64,000 nt of DNA from assembly GCA_004022145.1 (NCBI GenBank), contig RCNU01000008.1; one strand, written 5' to 3'. The notes beneath the pieces are model-generated. The model made no database searches. It saw only the letters and a list, made by a program, of their open reading frames with translations, and had not been told where the DNA came from. How positions within the stretch are numbered: position 1 is the stretch's first letter; each line of letters opens with the position of its first letter. The translations under genes were made by a program, and so were the position numbers. The DNA comes from Paecilomyces variotii. Lineage: Eukaryota. This document shows, one piece after another, positions 25,879 to 37,362 of the stretch.

Positions 25879-27625
25879 ATGTTGTCACTCCCGGGGACGA
25901 TTGTCCTTGTCGCCGTGGGCATCTTGCTAATTGCAACTCGCTATCTGGCTCGTCGATTCACACATCGAAGGCAGGCGAAAGCGTTGTCTTGCAAGCCACC
26001 ACGTGCTACTGTCCCCGCTGGTATTTTCGGCATCAATTCGTTCTGTGATTTGAAGAAAGCAGGACAGGAGAAACGATTTGTCGGACGGATCAGAGAACTG
26101 CACGACGAATATGGAACTACCTACCTCATGAACATTCTCGGTACCAACTGCATCTTTACGATCGAACCGGAGAACATCAAGGCCGTGTTGGCGACTCAGT
26201 TCAATGACTTCTCGTTTGGCCGCCGTCATGAAGTGTTTGCACCCCTTCTCGGGGATGGTATTTTCACTCTCGACGGAGCTGGCTGGTCGCATTCTCGAGC
26301 GCTCCTGCGTCCGCAATTTACCCGGGATCAGGTATGATTCCTATAGAAGCTATAAAACTCGCCTGCGGGGCCTCTCTAATTAGTATATGCTAGGTTTCCG
26401 ATCTGGACCAAATGGACATTCATGTCGAGCGACTGATCCAGGCGATGCCGAAAGACGGAACTCCTTTTGATATTCAGGAGCTTTTCTTCCGATTGACATT
26501 GGACTCTGCCACGGATTTCTTGTTTGGAGAGTCTGTTGAATCGCTCGTGTCTGCCACTAGTAACCAGATCGGCATCAGTGAGAAGTCCGTGGAAGGCAAA
26601 CAAGGCTTCGCCGATGCCTTCAACTACTCTCAAGATGTTCTGGCCCAGCGTGGTCGTGCCCAGGGTTTCTACTGGTTGATCAATTCCAAAGAATTCCGGG
26701 AGGCAAACAGGCTTGTCCACCAGTTTGTCGACTATTATGTGGACAAAGCCATCCGCTATGTTGAGAGTGGAAATGCGAAAGTTCCCAATGAGCAAGGGCG
26801 ATACGTCTTCCTCGAAGCCCTCGCCCTACAAACAAAGGACCGCAAGGTTCTGCGGGATCAGATGTTGAATATCCTGCTCGCGGGACGAGACACCACTTCT
26901 AGTCTTCTCAGTTCTGTCTTTTATTTCTTGGCTCGCAACAAGAGAGCTTGGGATACTCTCCGGGAGGAGATTGTGGAACGTTTTGGCACTGATGCTGAGA
27001 AGGGCGCGGATATCAACTTCCACTCCATGAAAGACCTGCCTTATTTGCGATACGTTGTTAACGAAGGTAAGACCTGAAGGGCTTCTAGAATGAAAACGGG
27101 ACATCGTATCTGACGTGCTATAGCACTGCGACTTCTTCCTCCGGTCCCAGCGAACGGACGTACCGCGATCAGGGACACCACTCTTCCTGTCGGTGGTGGA
27201 CCGGATGGTCGATCGCCGATTTTCATTCCAAAGGGCACAGTCATCCGGTATGTCGTGTGGGCTCTCCACACACGCCGTGATATCTGGGGTGCGGACGCCG
27301 AGGAATTCCGCCCTGAGAGATGGGCCGAATTCACCCCTAAAGGATGGGAATATTTGCCTTTCAACGGAGGTCCCCGTATCTGTCTTGGCCGTAAGCCTCT
27401 CTCTCTTCTCAATTAATCCCCGCGGATTTTTCTAATGGAGTCAATGAAACAGAACAATACGCACTTACGGAAGCAAGCTATGTCATCATTAAGCTGCTTC
27501 AGCGTTTCCAGACTCTGGAGAACGCCGACCCGGGTCCTGATCGTGGCTCTCGGCCCATTATGAACCACACCTTGACCCAGGCCCATGACAAGGGTGTCCA
27601 TGTTCGGCTATATGCTGCCAACTGA
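25879..27625 (+). CDS. Cytochrome P450, CYP52 clan (alkane/fatty-acid hydroxylase-like)
   Basis: [44 protein letters not shown]-helix AGRDTT, ExLR, PERW and heme motif [15 protein letters not shown]. Four exons. Confidence 0.92.
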
Positions 27626-28309
27626 TACCCACTGTCTCTGTTACTATGTGGTTCCACACGTCGGGACTTTTCATTCGGGCAGAAAGATTTTAAACAATGT
27701 TTTGGCTGATATATATGAAGCGTGGATATATATCTCCGCTATTCTTATTCGTACGATCCTCAGATTCTTGGCTAAATAGCGTCATGCTTTCGATTCCAGA
27801 AAATCCGTTTCCTTTCACGGTGTCAAGTCACAAGACCCTTCTGTTGCCGCTCCATAGTTCGTTGTTGCAGATCACCAACTATTCCGTGTGATACGGACAT
27901 TCACTTCTGGCTTTGCACGGACAAAAGCACCTGGCTTGGGAAAGTCGAGATAAAAAGTGACTGGTGGCTGTTAGGCGTCCCGTCACTCTCCCCATTTGTT
28001 TTGTGGTCACGAATCGGGCCTCTGTTGTCTTCATGCCCAGTGAGATCCCGTCTCGTTGTTGATCTGCACTTTTATGTTTCTCAATTTGGAGTCGCGAGTC
28101 ACCAACATGATTATCCTCGAGAAGTTCGCGGAGAGCCGTGTCTGCGTCTGTCTCGAAGAAAGTCTCTTGGGGCCCTATATGCATCACATCACACATTCTC
28201 AACGACACAATCCCCGACATCAGAAGCGTCATGTTTCGTCATATATTCGCAATCTGGATCTTCTACGTTTAATCCAATTAGCTTCATCTCCTCTGTAGTG
28301 ATAGTGGAA

Positions 28310-29476
28310 TTAGTACAGCTCACCGCGAAAAATATCAACAGCACTAAATATGATAGAGCCAATCAAGCATAGCGGCAGAACTTGGCCAAAGCTCATTTGG
28401 CTCTCATCGCCTTTCATATTCGTTTGGTTTAAGCGCCATGTGCTGATTGCGATGAAGGTATCCCAGGAGCTGAAAAAGGCATTCAAACACCAGGTCATTG
28501 GCGCAAAACTGTTTCCGTAAGACCAGACATCGAGACATAGCACCACGATGAACCAAAGGACCCTACATGTCAAAGACAAAGCCACCATGAAGTATGCCTT
28601 GAGCTGTCCGAACTGGGGGACGGCGGCTGGCAGGCCAGAAGACTGAGAGATTGTCTTTTCCCGCGTTTGCTGTGAAGTGACGTACCACTCCTCGAGTCTT
28701 TGATTGACTATCTCCAGGCTGTCCAAATACCACTTGACGAATATCTTGGTTTTCCGAAATGTGGCTGATAACAAGGCAATGCAGAAAAGACAGAGCCCAA
28801 TCATCCACGGAACAGGCGTTGATCCGTCTTCGTAGCGGTAGCAAGGACCCTGGCTGTCATTCCATGTCCGTTGCTGAAGTATGATATATCCTTGAAATGA
28901 TATAACTGCAAAGGATGGATACTCGTCGCACTAGGATACGAATGTCATCGTCCTCCACATCGAAATCCAAGTAGTTGACACGGCCTGCCCAGAAGGAGTT
29001 GAGCGTAAGCCACCAGTAGGTCACCACCAGTTGCTCATGGTAGTAGTTGATGGTATGGATCTGGGACCAGCTGGCTATAATAATACCGATACCCGTGATT
29101 ACTTGGAGATCACACAAAGGTCCTATCAGCTTCTGAAACTTTGCCGCAATGATACCAAAGGATTGCAGGTCGAGATCTGATCGAAATACTGGATATTGTC
29201 GGCCAGTTTGACATTCACGTGTCGCGCGGAAAAGGTATCGTTTTTGCGGATTTTAGTAACTCTCGACTGCTTCATATATCGCTGGAACTCCAGCCACAAA
29301 TATCGTAATCCAGGTGACCACAATGAAAGACGAGAACACCTAATACAGTCAGTCCCAGTCTCTGACTTGCGGGTTCGATTAGGTGAAAAACCGACTCCAA
29401 GGCCACTAATATCAGGATCAGGTGCAATTTCCGCCTTGCAAATATAATCGCTCGAAAATCGTGGCCTTAAGTTCAT
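28310..29476 (-). pseudogene. Probable pseudogene of a fungal multi-pass membrane protein (PDISGxGV / CDLQVITG / MSFGQVLP family)
   Basis: After the intron at 29395-29340 the frame reads ...AIYEAVESY*NPQKR... with an in-frame TAA at 29255-29253. A frameshift near 28905-28885 is also needed to join ...RRVSILCS to ...FQGYIILQQRTWNDSQGPCYRY... Confidence 0.6.
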
Positions 29477-31203
29477 GGTCCCATAGTATGTTAAGGTGGA
29501 AATCTTGGCCCAAAATGGCCTGAAATAACTGCAGTCGTGTCTATTTCTGAGGCATGAGCCAGGGAAATCGTGGGTCTCCTGAAATGTTGACGGTCTGTTC
29601 GTGGCTGGCGGCGAAGGGCAAGATTAATGCGCATAGTCTAGTAATCTCATCTTCTTTGTGAAAAGAAGAGAAAGAGGAAGAGCACACAGCTTTTAACATT
29701 ATAGCGAAAAAGATCATCATCAATGGATTCCGAATATGAAATTGGACGACGGGAACTGTACTTACGTGGGGCTTGAGGCTGTGAGGTTAGTTTTTGAAGA
29801 TCACCAAATGAATTGGCCCCCACGAGGGGATACGAAGGCGGTCACTGCGCATATGCACAAATACGCTGAAGTGCAGACATGAACTGTGGCTCTCCTGATG
29901 ATAAGCTGGAGATAGAGAATTTCTCAGAAAGATATAGGACTTTGACATTACCCCCGAGCAATTCTATGATAGCAATTGCTCGACCGTATAAGACAAGAGT
30001 ATGCACTCTAGTTTCCATGTAATAGTGATACTAACTGAATTCAGCCTGCAAAACAAGCATATACATGGCCATATCTTATTCTAATATATTTGCTATCTAG
30101 GTCAAAAATTGGCCTACCTATAAGGATGGTCGACAGGGCTTGCGTGGCGGTAGAAAGAACGTTGATTTACTACGAGTGCTATTAATTGAGGACGCAGAGA
30201 CATAGTGTCTATGCACAAAGCGTACATCCAGGTGATCTGTCACATCCATTTGCAGCAGATTCTTTAATATCCTCTCGGGCACGCGAAGCTAGGAGATGAA
30301 GATGCTTGATTCTCTAGGATCGAGCTCTGAAGCTCTAGCTATCTAAGCTATCTGTGCGAAGCACTAGGCTCAATGCGGAAGGAGGCAGGCGATACCTAGG
30401 TATCCGCCTGGCCTACAGGCCCAAAATATCCTAATAATAGGATAAAGACTATTAGATCATCAGGTTCTAGATACTTCATATGCTACAGTCTGCAGAGCTA
30501 AATATGGAGTCAATCTTCCTCCTAGATCTAGAATTGGGCAAGTCAAGTAACTTGGCTACTAAGTAGGAGGTCCAAACTATACTATTGCTTCCGTGATTTG
30601 GATTCGATATATGTAAAGTCTTTACCACCTTGCGAGTTAACACCACATCTGGCTCGTACATGGGTATCTGGATTCTATGTGTACACTGCTTGGTACCAGT
30701 GAAAAAAAAAAAGCTTCTGCTATGTGTCGCTGTCTAACATAGCAGTGCAATTTAAACTATGGTTTATGGCCTCATGTATGGCTAATCGCCTTCAGCATCG
30801 CATACGAATTTCGGAGATCCTTAACCCTGTACTGATACAAGATAGATCTGGCCGACAGTATACTGTATGAATTATAGCAAACTGAACTTTGTAGTCAAGA
30901 TGCAAGACCGGCAGTTAAAAACACCCTCCTACCTCATCATTGGGATGTAATATTTTCGACCGACGCAGCGGAGGATTCGTGACGGTAGTAGATAGCATTC
31001 CATCGAGCGTGGGCCATATTTGTGATCTCAGAGTCGACAAATCAAACGGGAGTCAATATCTAAGCGACTATCTGATTTTAGGGAAGCATCTGAGCTGTTA
31101 ACAGATAAGATATTGCTGCAAGTAAACTTGAATTCCTGTAAAACAAAAGACCACACAGCAAAAAATGCAAGATCTCATATACCTGTAATCACCTTTATCC
31201 GGC

Positions 31204-31322
31204 ACATACGACCATAGGGTGTGGAAAACAGGGCTTCCCGTCCGCTCAGCCGTACTTAAGCCACACGCCGGCCGGTTAGTAGTTGGGTGGGTGACCACCA
31301 GCGAATCCCGGCTGTTGTATGT
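31204..31322 (+). rRNA. 5S rRNA: Dispersed 5S rRNA gene
   Basis: 119 nt ACATACGACCATAGGGTGTGGAAAACAGGGCTTCCCGTCCGCTCAGCCGTACTTAAGCCACACGCCG...GTTGTATGT, typical of Eurotiales 5S. The termini pair. Confidence 0.97.
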
Positions 31323-31323
31323 A

Positions 31324-31349
31324 TTTTTTTGTTTTTTGTTTTTGTTTTT
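31324..31349 (+). terminator. RNA polymerase III oligo-T terminator of the 5S gene
   Basis: TTTTTTTGTTTTTTGTTTTTGTTTTT immediately after the 5S 3' end. Confidence 0.8.
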
Positions 31350-31960
31350 AGGACCGTCGAGATTCTGATAATGACTAACTATATGTAAGTATAGTTAGTT
31401 AGTGCAGGTCGGCCGAGATAAAACGGGTGAGAAAATTGCTCGTCTTGGAGGTTCAGAGACTAGATGATAAAGAAGCTCAAGAATCTACCTAGGTAGCTAC
31501 CTACTATCTGCTGTGCGCCAATCTAACCCAATAGGAAAAGGGTGTAGACGATTGCCTCCAGGACCGTAGGGGCCTAAAAGAATACTATCTTATATTAAGT
31601 TGCAGAACCCTTTTGTCGCCATTCCATATTTTGTCTATTGTCGATCACTGACTGTTAGTCTGTATACGACAGACAATAACTACCGGGGTTGTGCCAAATA
31701 AAGTTTACAGAGTAATTATTAGCGGTAACCCCCTCCTGCCTTGATAATTATCTACTGGTATTCACCGGATCATCCCGGTTCCAAGGTTGTTTTGCTCAGT
31801 CACCGCTTTGCGTGACATTTAAAACCCCCCTTTCTTCTCCCGTGCTTGGATTTCTCTTACCTGCCTTACCTTCATCTCCATCGAGTCAGCCATAAGGACC
31901 AAAGTCATCAACAAATCCACATTACCAAACACACTGAATCTATCAAGAAAACAATCGACA

Positions 31961-32424
31961 ATGTCTTCATCCGGAAAGGGATACGACTACGTCAGCTCGG
32001 GGACTAATAGTCAGGTAAGCAAGGCGGCTCCCGGCCTCCTCTTTATCGGCCTAAGATACAGAAGCTACTGGTATAACGAGTAGTATACGATTTACTAATT
32101 ATACATCTACATTTGACTAAACTAATGTCTAAATATGTAATGTCTACGTGATGAAAATCAACTACGTTCTAATCCTATCAATCGTACAGGGCAACCACTA
32201 CTGTGTCCGCGACTACGGGACTGGAAGCAACAGCAACGGCCAAGGAAGTGATGCGTATCATTATTCCAACGCGTGAGTTGATCAATCTGAAGCATCTGGT
32301 TTGTCCTTTTCTGATACTGTCTCACAGAAACGGTTCCTACTACTATTCCAACTCCAACGGGAGCACGTACTACAATGATGGCAAGGGAAGTGCGACTTAT
32401 ACCCCACCTAGTGGGAAGAAATGA
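31961..32424 (+). CDS. Small Gly/Ser/Tyr/Asn-rich fungal hypothetical protein (77 aa)
   Basis: Exons 31961-32014, 32190-32272, 32328-32424 give MSSSGKGYDYVSSGTNSQGNHYCVRDYGTGSNSNGQGSDAYHYSNANGSYYYSNSNGSTYYNDGKGSATYTPPSGKK. Confidence 0.8.
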
Positions 32425-32955
32425 ATTCTATTGGAATTCTTTCCCGAAAGGCGGAGTCATAGCAGGACTTTTACCGGAGTTTGGAATGTAGCTTTACAAC
32501 GGGGATTCCGCGGGACGGATAGCTTCTTCAAGTTTGGAGACAAGATGTTTGCAGACCCTGTTTGTAGACCAGACAATTAGGCTAAATTTCAAGACACTTG
32601 AATCTCACAACGTGGATCCCGAACATGAATTTGCTTGCTGTTATGGAGACTTTCTGAGACCGCTCTTGTCCAATCTTCTGGATTGACGGATTAGCGGTTC
32701 GACGCCGAAAGACTCAATAACCAGGGTGACATCTCGACGTGCTCAGTTCGAACTGATTCTAGGTTGCAATGAGACGTGTCTAGCACTGAAAAGCTGATAC
32801 TCTGAAGATCCAATCGAATTCTAAAACGTAGCTTTAAATTTTTAATTCCGCCCCGAGTTGATTAGTGGAGACTGGCTACCAGAGTCATGGCGTCTTCCCT
32901 GATAGAAACTCTCGTTATCTATACATGGTATAGGACATATATATGTTTTAATGCT

Positions 32956-33729
32956 TTAGTTGCTCTTCTTCAGAGCTCCCTCGGCGGCCTTCTCGACTGC
33001 CTTGGCGGAGTCGACCACTTCGTGCTCGATCTCCTTGGCAGCCTCAGCTGTAGAGCCGGCCTGGCTGCGTTTCCAGAGGAAGATACGGGTGACCTGGACG
33101 ACACCGACGCATCCCAGGAAGAAGTTCACGGTAGCAAGACTAAGGTTGAGGTCAGTGATGTTGTTTTCAAGTCGTAGTTCAGGAAGAACACTACATACAG
33201 AACATTACGAGGCTTGATGATCAGGCACCATCGGGTCCAGATGGCACCCGTGGCCATGAGGGCACCGTTCTGAGTCAAAGACAGCTTCTCAGCTGGACGA
33301 CCGAAGTCGGAAATACCTGCGATAACGAGAGCCCACTGAAACACATAAAATTAGCCATCTGTAGTCGTATCGCACTAATCGTCCATGATTATATATGCTG
33401 GCGCAGCGAATATGGAATCACGTCTTATCAGGAAATTGGTCCAATTGTACCTTCATCATGGGAGCCCTGAACATTGCGAATCCAACCGTTAGCAGCGGTC
33501 CCTTTAAAACGGACAATTCATACAGCGCGCAATTTGCTCACCAGAAATGCACCGTCTTGACGCCAATAGGGCTGTTCCATAGACGCTGGAAAGTGCTCTG
33601 CTGCTCCTGCGCCGCTCCAGCCTCTGAGCTCTGGAACCGACGGCCCTGTCTGCGGAAAGGAGCAGAGGCGTTACGGAACGCAGCTCTGGTGTTCTGGAAA
33701 AAGCGCAAACCAACGCGAGAGGTCGACAT
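32956..33729 (-). CDS. MPC2: Mitochondrial pyruvate carrier subunit (MPC2/3 type)
   Basis: Arg-rich presequence, then LWNSPIGVKTVHFWAPMMKWALVIAGISDFGRPAEKLSLTQNGALMATGAIWTRWCLIIKPRN..LATVNFFLG. Multi-exon. Confidence 0.9.
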
Positions 33730-34237
33730 GATGGGCGGGGAGAATCTGGGGTGGTTCAAGAGATAATGTCGCGCGACAGCCGGTGATTTTTCGAACTCGA
33801 GCTGTGACCTGAGCCCTGAAGGGAGTGGAGAGGAAGAAGGACGAAATGGGAAACGCCTCTCAAGATAGTCTGTTGAGGATGAAATGAGAGTCGACTGAAG
33901 ATGGGGATAGTCACAATACTGCTCTCCCCGGGCGATCTCGGCGGATTATCCGTTCGTCTCACCGGCCGTTCTTTGGGGATTTCACTTATGTCCGAGCACA
34001 ACATCTCTTATGCCCGGCTGAGTCATCCCTGACATTACGCTTGCCCCGATTGGTCGATTCGCTCAGCCTGCAACTTCCAACCGTCCGCAAAGCTGCTTAA
34101 CATATCGACTCTGTTCCCCTCTCTCTCTGCTTCTTGGGTTCTCCTCCGCCCACCAATTGATACCCTGGTTAGATTATCATATTGTCTGGCTTATATCGCA
34201 GCGGAAAGTCGACCTTTTCCCCGAAAGCTGCACAGAA

Positions 34238-34724
34238 ATGTCGGCCAAGTACGCCTTCTCTCAGGGCCTGAAGGAGCTCCGCTTCCTTTTCTGCCAGACC
34301 TCCGCACACAGCGAGGCTACGAGGTTCGTGATCTATCGACATCTACCGGCTGAAAATGCCAATGGCGCGTCTCTGTGCTAACGCTGGAGCCGATAGGTCA
34401 TTCCTCAAGCGCGCGTACCCCACGATGAAGAAGAACAACCCATACATTCCCATCCTCATGCGAGAAGCCGCGGGCACGGAGCCGCGGGTCTATGCGAGAT
34501 ACGGTACGATTCTATTTCCATGGAAGTATTGTGGAATCGAGTGAGGGACTGACGGTGTGGTGATTTGTACAGCCCTGGGAAAGGAGAAGCTTGAGCTGCT
34601 GAACGGTAAGTATCTATCTGTCTCCAGATTTCCGTCGGGATGGCCCCCGCTGACATAAATGCTACCAGGTCTGTCCGACAAGGAGATTGAGGAGAAGGTG
34701 ACCTCGCTGGTAAAGACTGCATAG
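34238..34724 (+). CDS. NADH:ubiquinone oxidoreductase 10.5 kDa (CI-B8 / NDUFA2) subunit
   Basis: MSAKYAFSQGLKELRFLFCQTSAHSEATRSFLKRAYPTMKKNNPYIPILMREAAGTEPRVYARYALGKE...LSDKEIEEKVTSLVKTA across four exons. Confidence 0.9.
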
Positions 34725-34889
34725 CCGAAAAGATCTGCGTTCTATCTCTGTTTTATGCACTGCGCCCTCGAGCGACTCCGTCTGTACCTCTACATGAAAA
34801 TGAAATTCCTCCTACAATCTCGGTGACCCGCGTGAGATATTGGTTGTTGACTTGTTTTGATTATCTTCGATTTACTATATCCGGAGAAA

Positions 34890-36345
34890 TTACAAGGTGC
34901 CATTGACGGCAGGCTCGCCGAAACGGAACTGCGCCCAACTCATACTGCCTGACTTCAGAGTCCATAGTCTCCTACCCTTATCCTCGCCAGCTGCACCAGC
35001 CGCGATGTGGACGGGAAGGATATGATCGAAGAAGGGGTGCGCTTGTCTTGCGTCTGGTCTCTTCAGCAGATCAACCATGGCCTGCTCCCTCTTCTCTGGC
35101 GGGGCGGTGGCCGCGTCCTTGAGCGCTTCGTCGAAACTGACCGTGTATGGCAGGGGTCTGGGATCTCCAAACGTGAAGTGCATATCGCGCAGATTGTGCA
35201 CCGCCATTCCGGAACCAATGATCTGGATATTCTCATCGCGCAGCTTCGACAAGGCCTGTCCTAGTTTGTAGTGCTTGGCCGGGTCCTCATTTCCGAATAG
35301 AGATACCTGCACGATCGGAACCTTCAGTGGATTCGTCTCGGGATCGAAAGCTAAAATTATAAGTGTTAATCATATATCTCGTGAGAATCGCAGAATATAT
35401 TAACCATACCGCACTTAAACCCCGCCCAGACACCGTGATCAAGACCCCTCTTGACTCCCTCGGCTTTGATTCCGGCTTCATGCAGAGCATCAATGACCTT
35501 CTGAGCGACCTCCTTGCTTCCTACATTAGGAAATTTTTCCTTGTAGTAGTGGCTCGGAAAGCCATAGAAACTGCCAATTTTTCAGCCATGTTCTTTCTCT
35601 CCGTCATCACAATCCAATCGAATTCCACATGAGATCCTCAGAAACTTACTCGTAGATCAAATCCGTGATCTCAGCCGTGTTCACCTGGATTGTGTCCGGG
35701 CCTGCTTGCCAATGGGCAGAAAAGACGACCACCGCGCGCGGCTTCACCTTGGTCGTGATCTCACGGCCCAATTCCTGCAATTTGCTGTATGCAGGATGGT
35801 CACGCTCATACATGACGTTTGGCTGGTGGTTAAGGTTAGCTTGATATCCATAACGTGGTAAAACAATAAGTTTATATATCCTTCTGCGATGCAAATTCCA
35901 GTGTCCCCCCAGAGAATAAAATCCAGTATCCCCAAAATCAAAAATAAATCAAAATCAAAATAAAAAAACCCACCCCTCCATGACTGATAAAATAAACCGG
36001 CGTCCTCATCTTGAATCCAGTCTCCTCAGCACGAAGATTCGCAAGATTCGACTTGGCTTGAAGAGCCGCTGAATTCGAAACCTGTCTAACAACAGACTGC
36101 CTGCTAAGCAGTCGTGAAAAGGGAAAGAATCGCGTCACGGTGGCGGTATCCTGGTCTGCAGAAGCGGTTGTGGTTGTAGTTGTAGTTGACGAATGAACCA
36201 GATACGCGATAAAGACCGCGGAAAGAACTGAAAGGATGGAAAGGAGGATCGTGACGGGCGATGTGCTTGGACTGCTGCTATTGCTGCGTTCTGGATGTCC
36301 CTGACTCGGGTCCTTTGGCGGGATATTGGCGGGAGATGAAGGCAT
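34890..36345 (-). CDS. LigB-family (DODA-like) extradiol ring-cleavage dioxygenase
   Basis: RTPVYFISHGG|PN, VVVFSAHW, DLIYDFYGFPSHYY, RGLDHGVW, IIGSGMAVHNL, AHPFFDHILP. Start uncertain: 36345 (with an N-terminal TM extension) or 36009. Confidence 0.85.
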
Positions 36346-36537
36346 ATATAGGATAGCTGCGCAGGGGACAACCGGCAACGGGAGAGTAGATAGGTATTGA
36401 TTTGGTCCTCTCCTCTTTAATTCCTGGAGGGTTTCTAACTGTGAGGTTGAGTTAGAACCGACAAAGCATACCTAGTTATCCCTCCGTTTGATGATAGAGT
36501 AGTTCGGAGTAGGATGAGCAAGGATCAGGGCTAGTCT

Positions 36538-36562
36538 ATCAATCAATCAATCAATCAATCAA
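36538..36562. repeat. (ATCA)n tetranucleotide microsatellite
   Basis: About 6 tandem ATCA units. Confidence 0.85.
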
Positions 36563-37362
36563 ACTAGAACGGACTCTAATCAGGAAGCAGATATATGTGA
36601 TTCAAGGGAAGCCGGCTATATATCCAAATGCATTAATAGTTGCTTAACTAACCGGATACGTAGGATATGTAAGCGAAACCCGGCTTTCTATGGAAAATGG
36701 GAGATACTCGGGATCGCCGCGCGGAATCTGTCCGCGGTTGTCGGCCCGTTTGTCAGTCGCCAAGCCTATATATGCAAACGCCCCTTGGCATAATTACTTA
36801 TCCTTTCATTGTAAGACGAATAACTAGAAGTACATTGAATCGTCTACTAATGAGTTGCGTGAGGTCACTCTCTGGAATCGAGTAGGAAGCTACTGGCGAC
36901 ATTGGAAGCTTTGATAGTCCCACAAAATCTAGTGTCTACCTCCGGCGAAACGTGATTAAGACTACGACAATAATAACACGAAGTAATCACATCCCTACAG
37001 AAGATATGCTTCCACAAGTTCAGGTGCCAAGTCCCAAAAATAATATCGTAAGGGTCTGCATTGTACTGTAGGTCATCGCCTCATGCCGGCAACCCTCGAT
37101 TACACATTTCTGTGAAATCTTAAAGCTGCTCTCAAACTAAAGATAAAGGTATCTAGGCCACATAGGCCATAACTGCCGAAAATAATATGCCGAGTCCTGC
37201 CGGAAGAAATCAGGTCTGCAACCATGTTGATCCTGGCTGTTTCGAATAGGGGTAAACGAGAAAGTCCAAAAGTTACGGGTATCCCATGGACAAAGAAAGA
37301 AAACAAAATGCAGACAAAACGTGAAGTTGGAAAGTAGAAAGAATAGTGTTTCTTTTTGATTT

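Noticed and set aside
32743-32756. 14-bp perfect palindrome TCAGTTCGAACTGA between convergent genes
   Set aside because: Isolated, and a few palindromes of this length are expected by chance in 64 kb.
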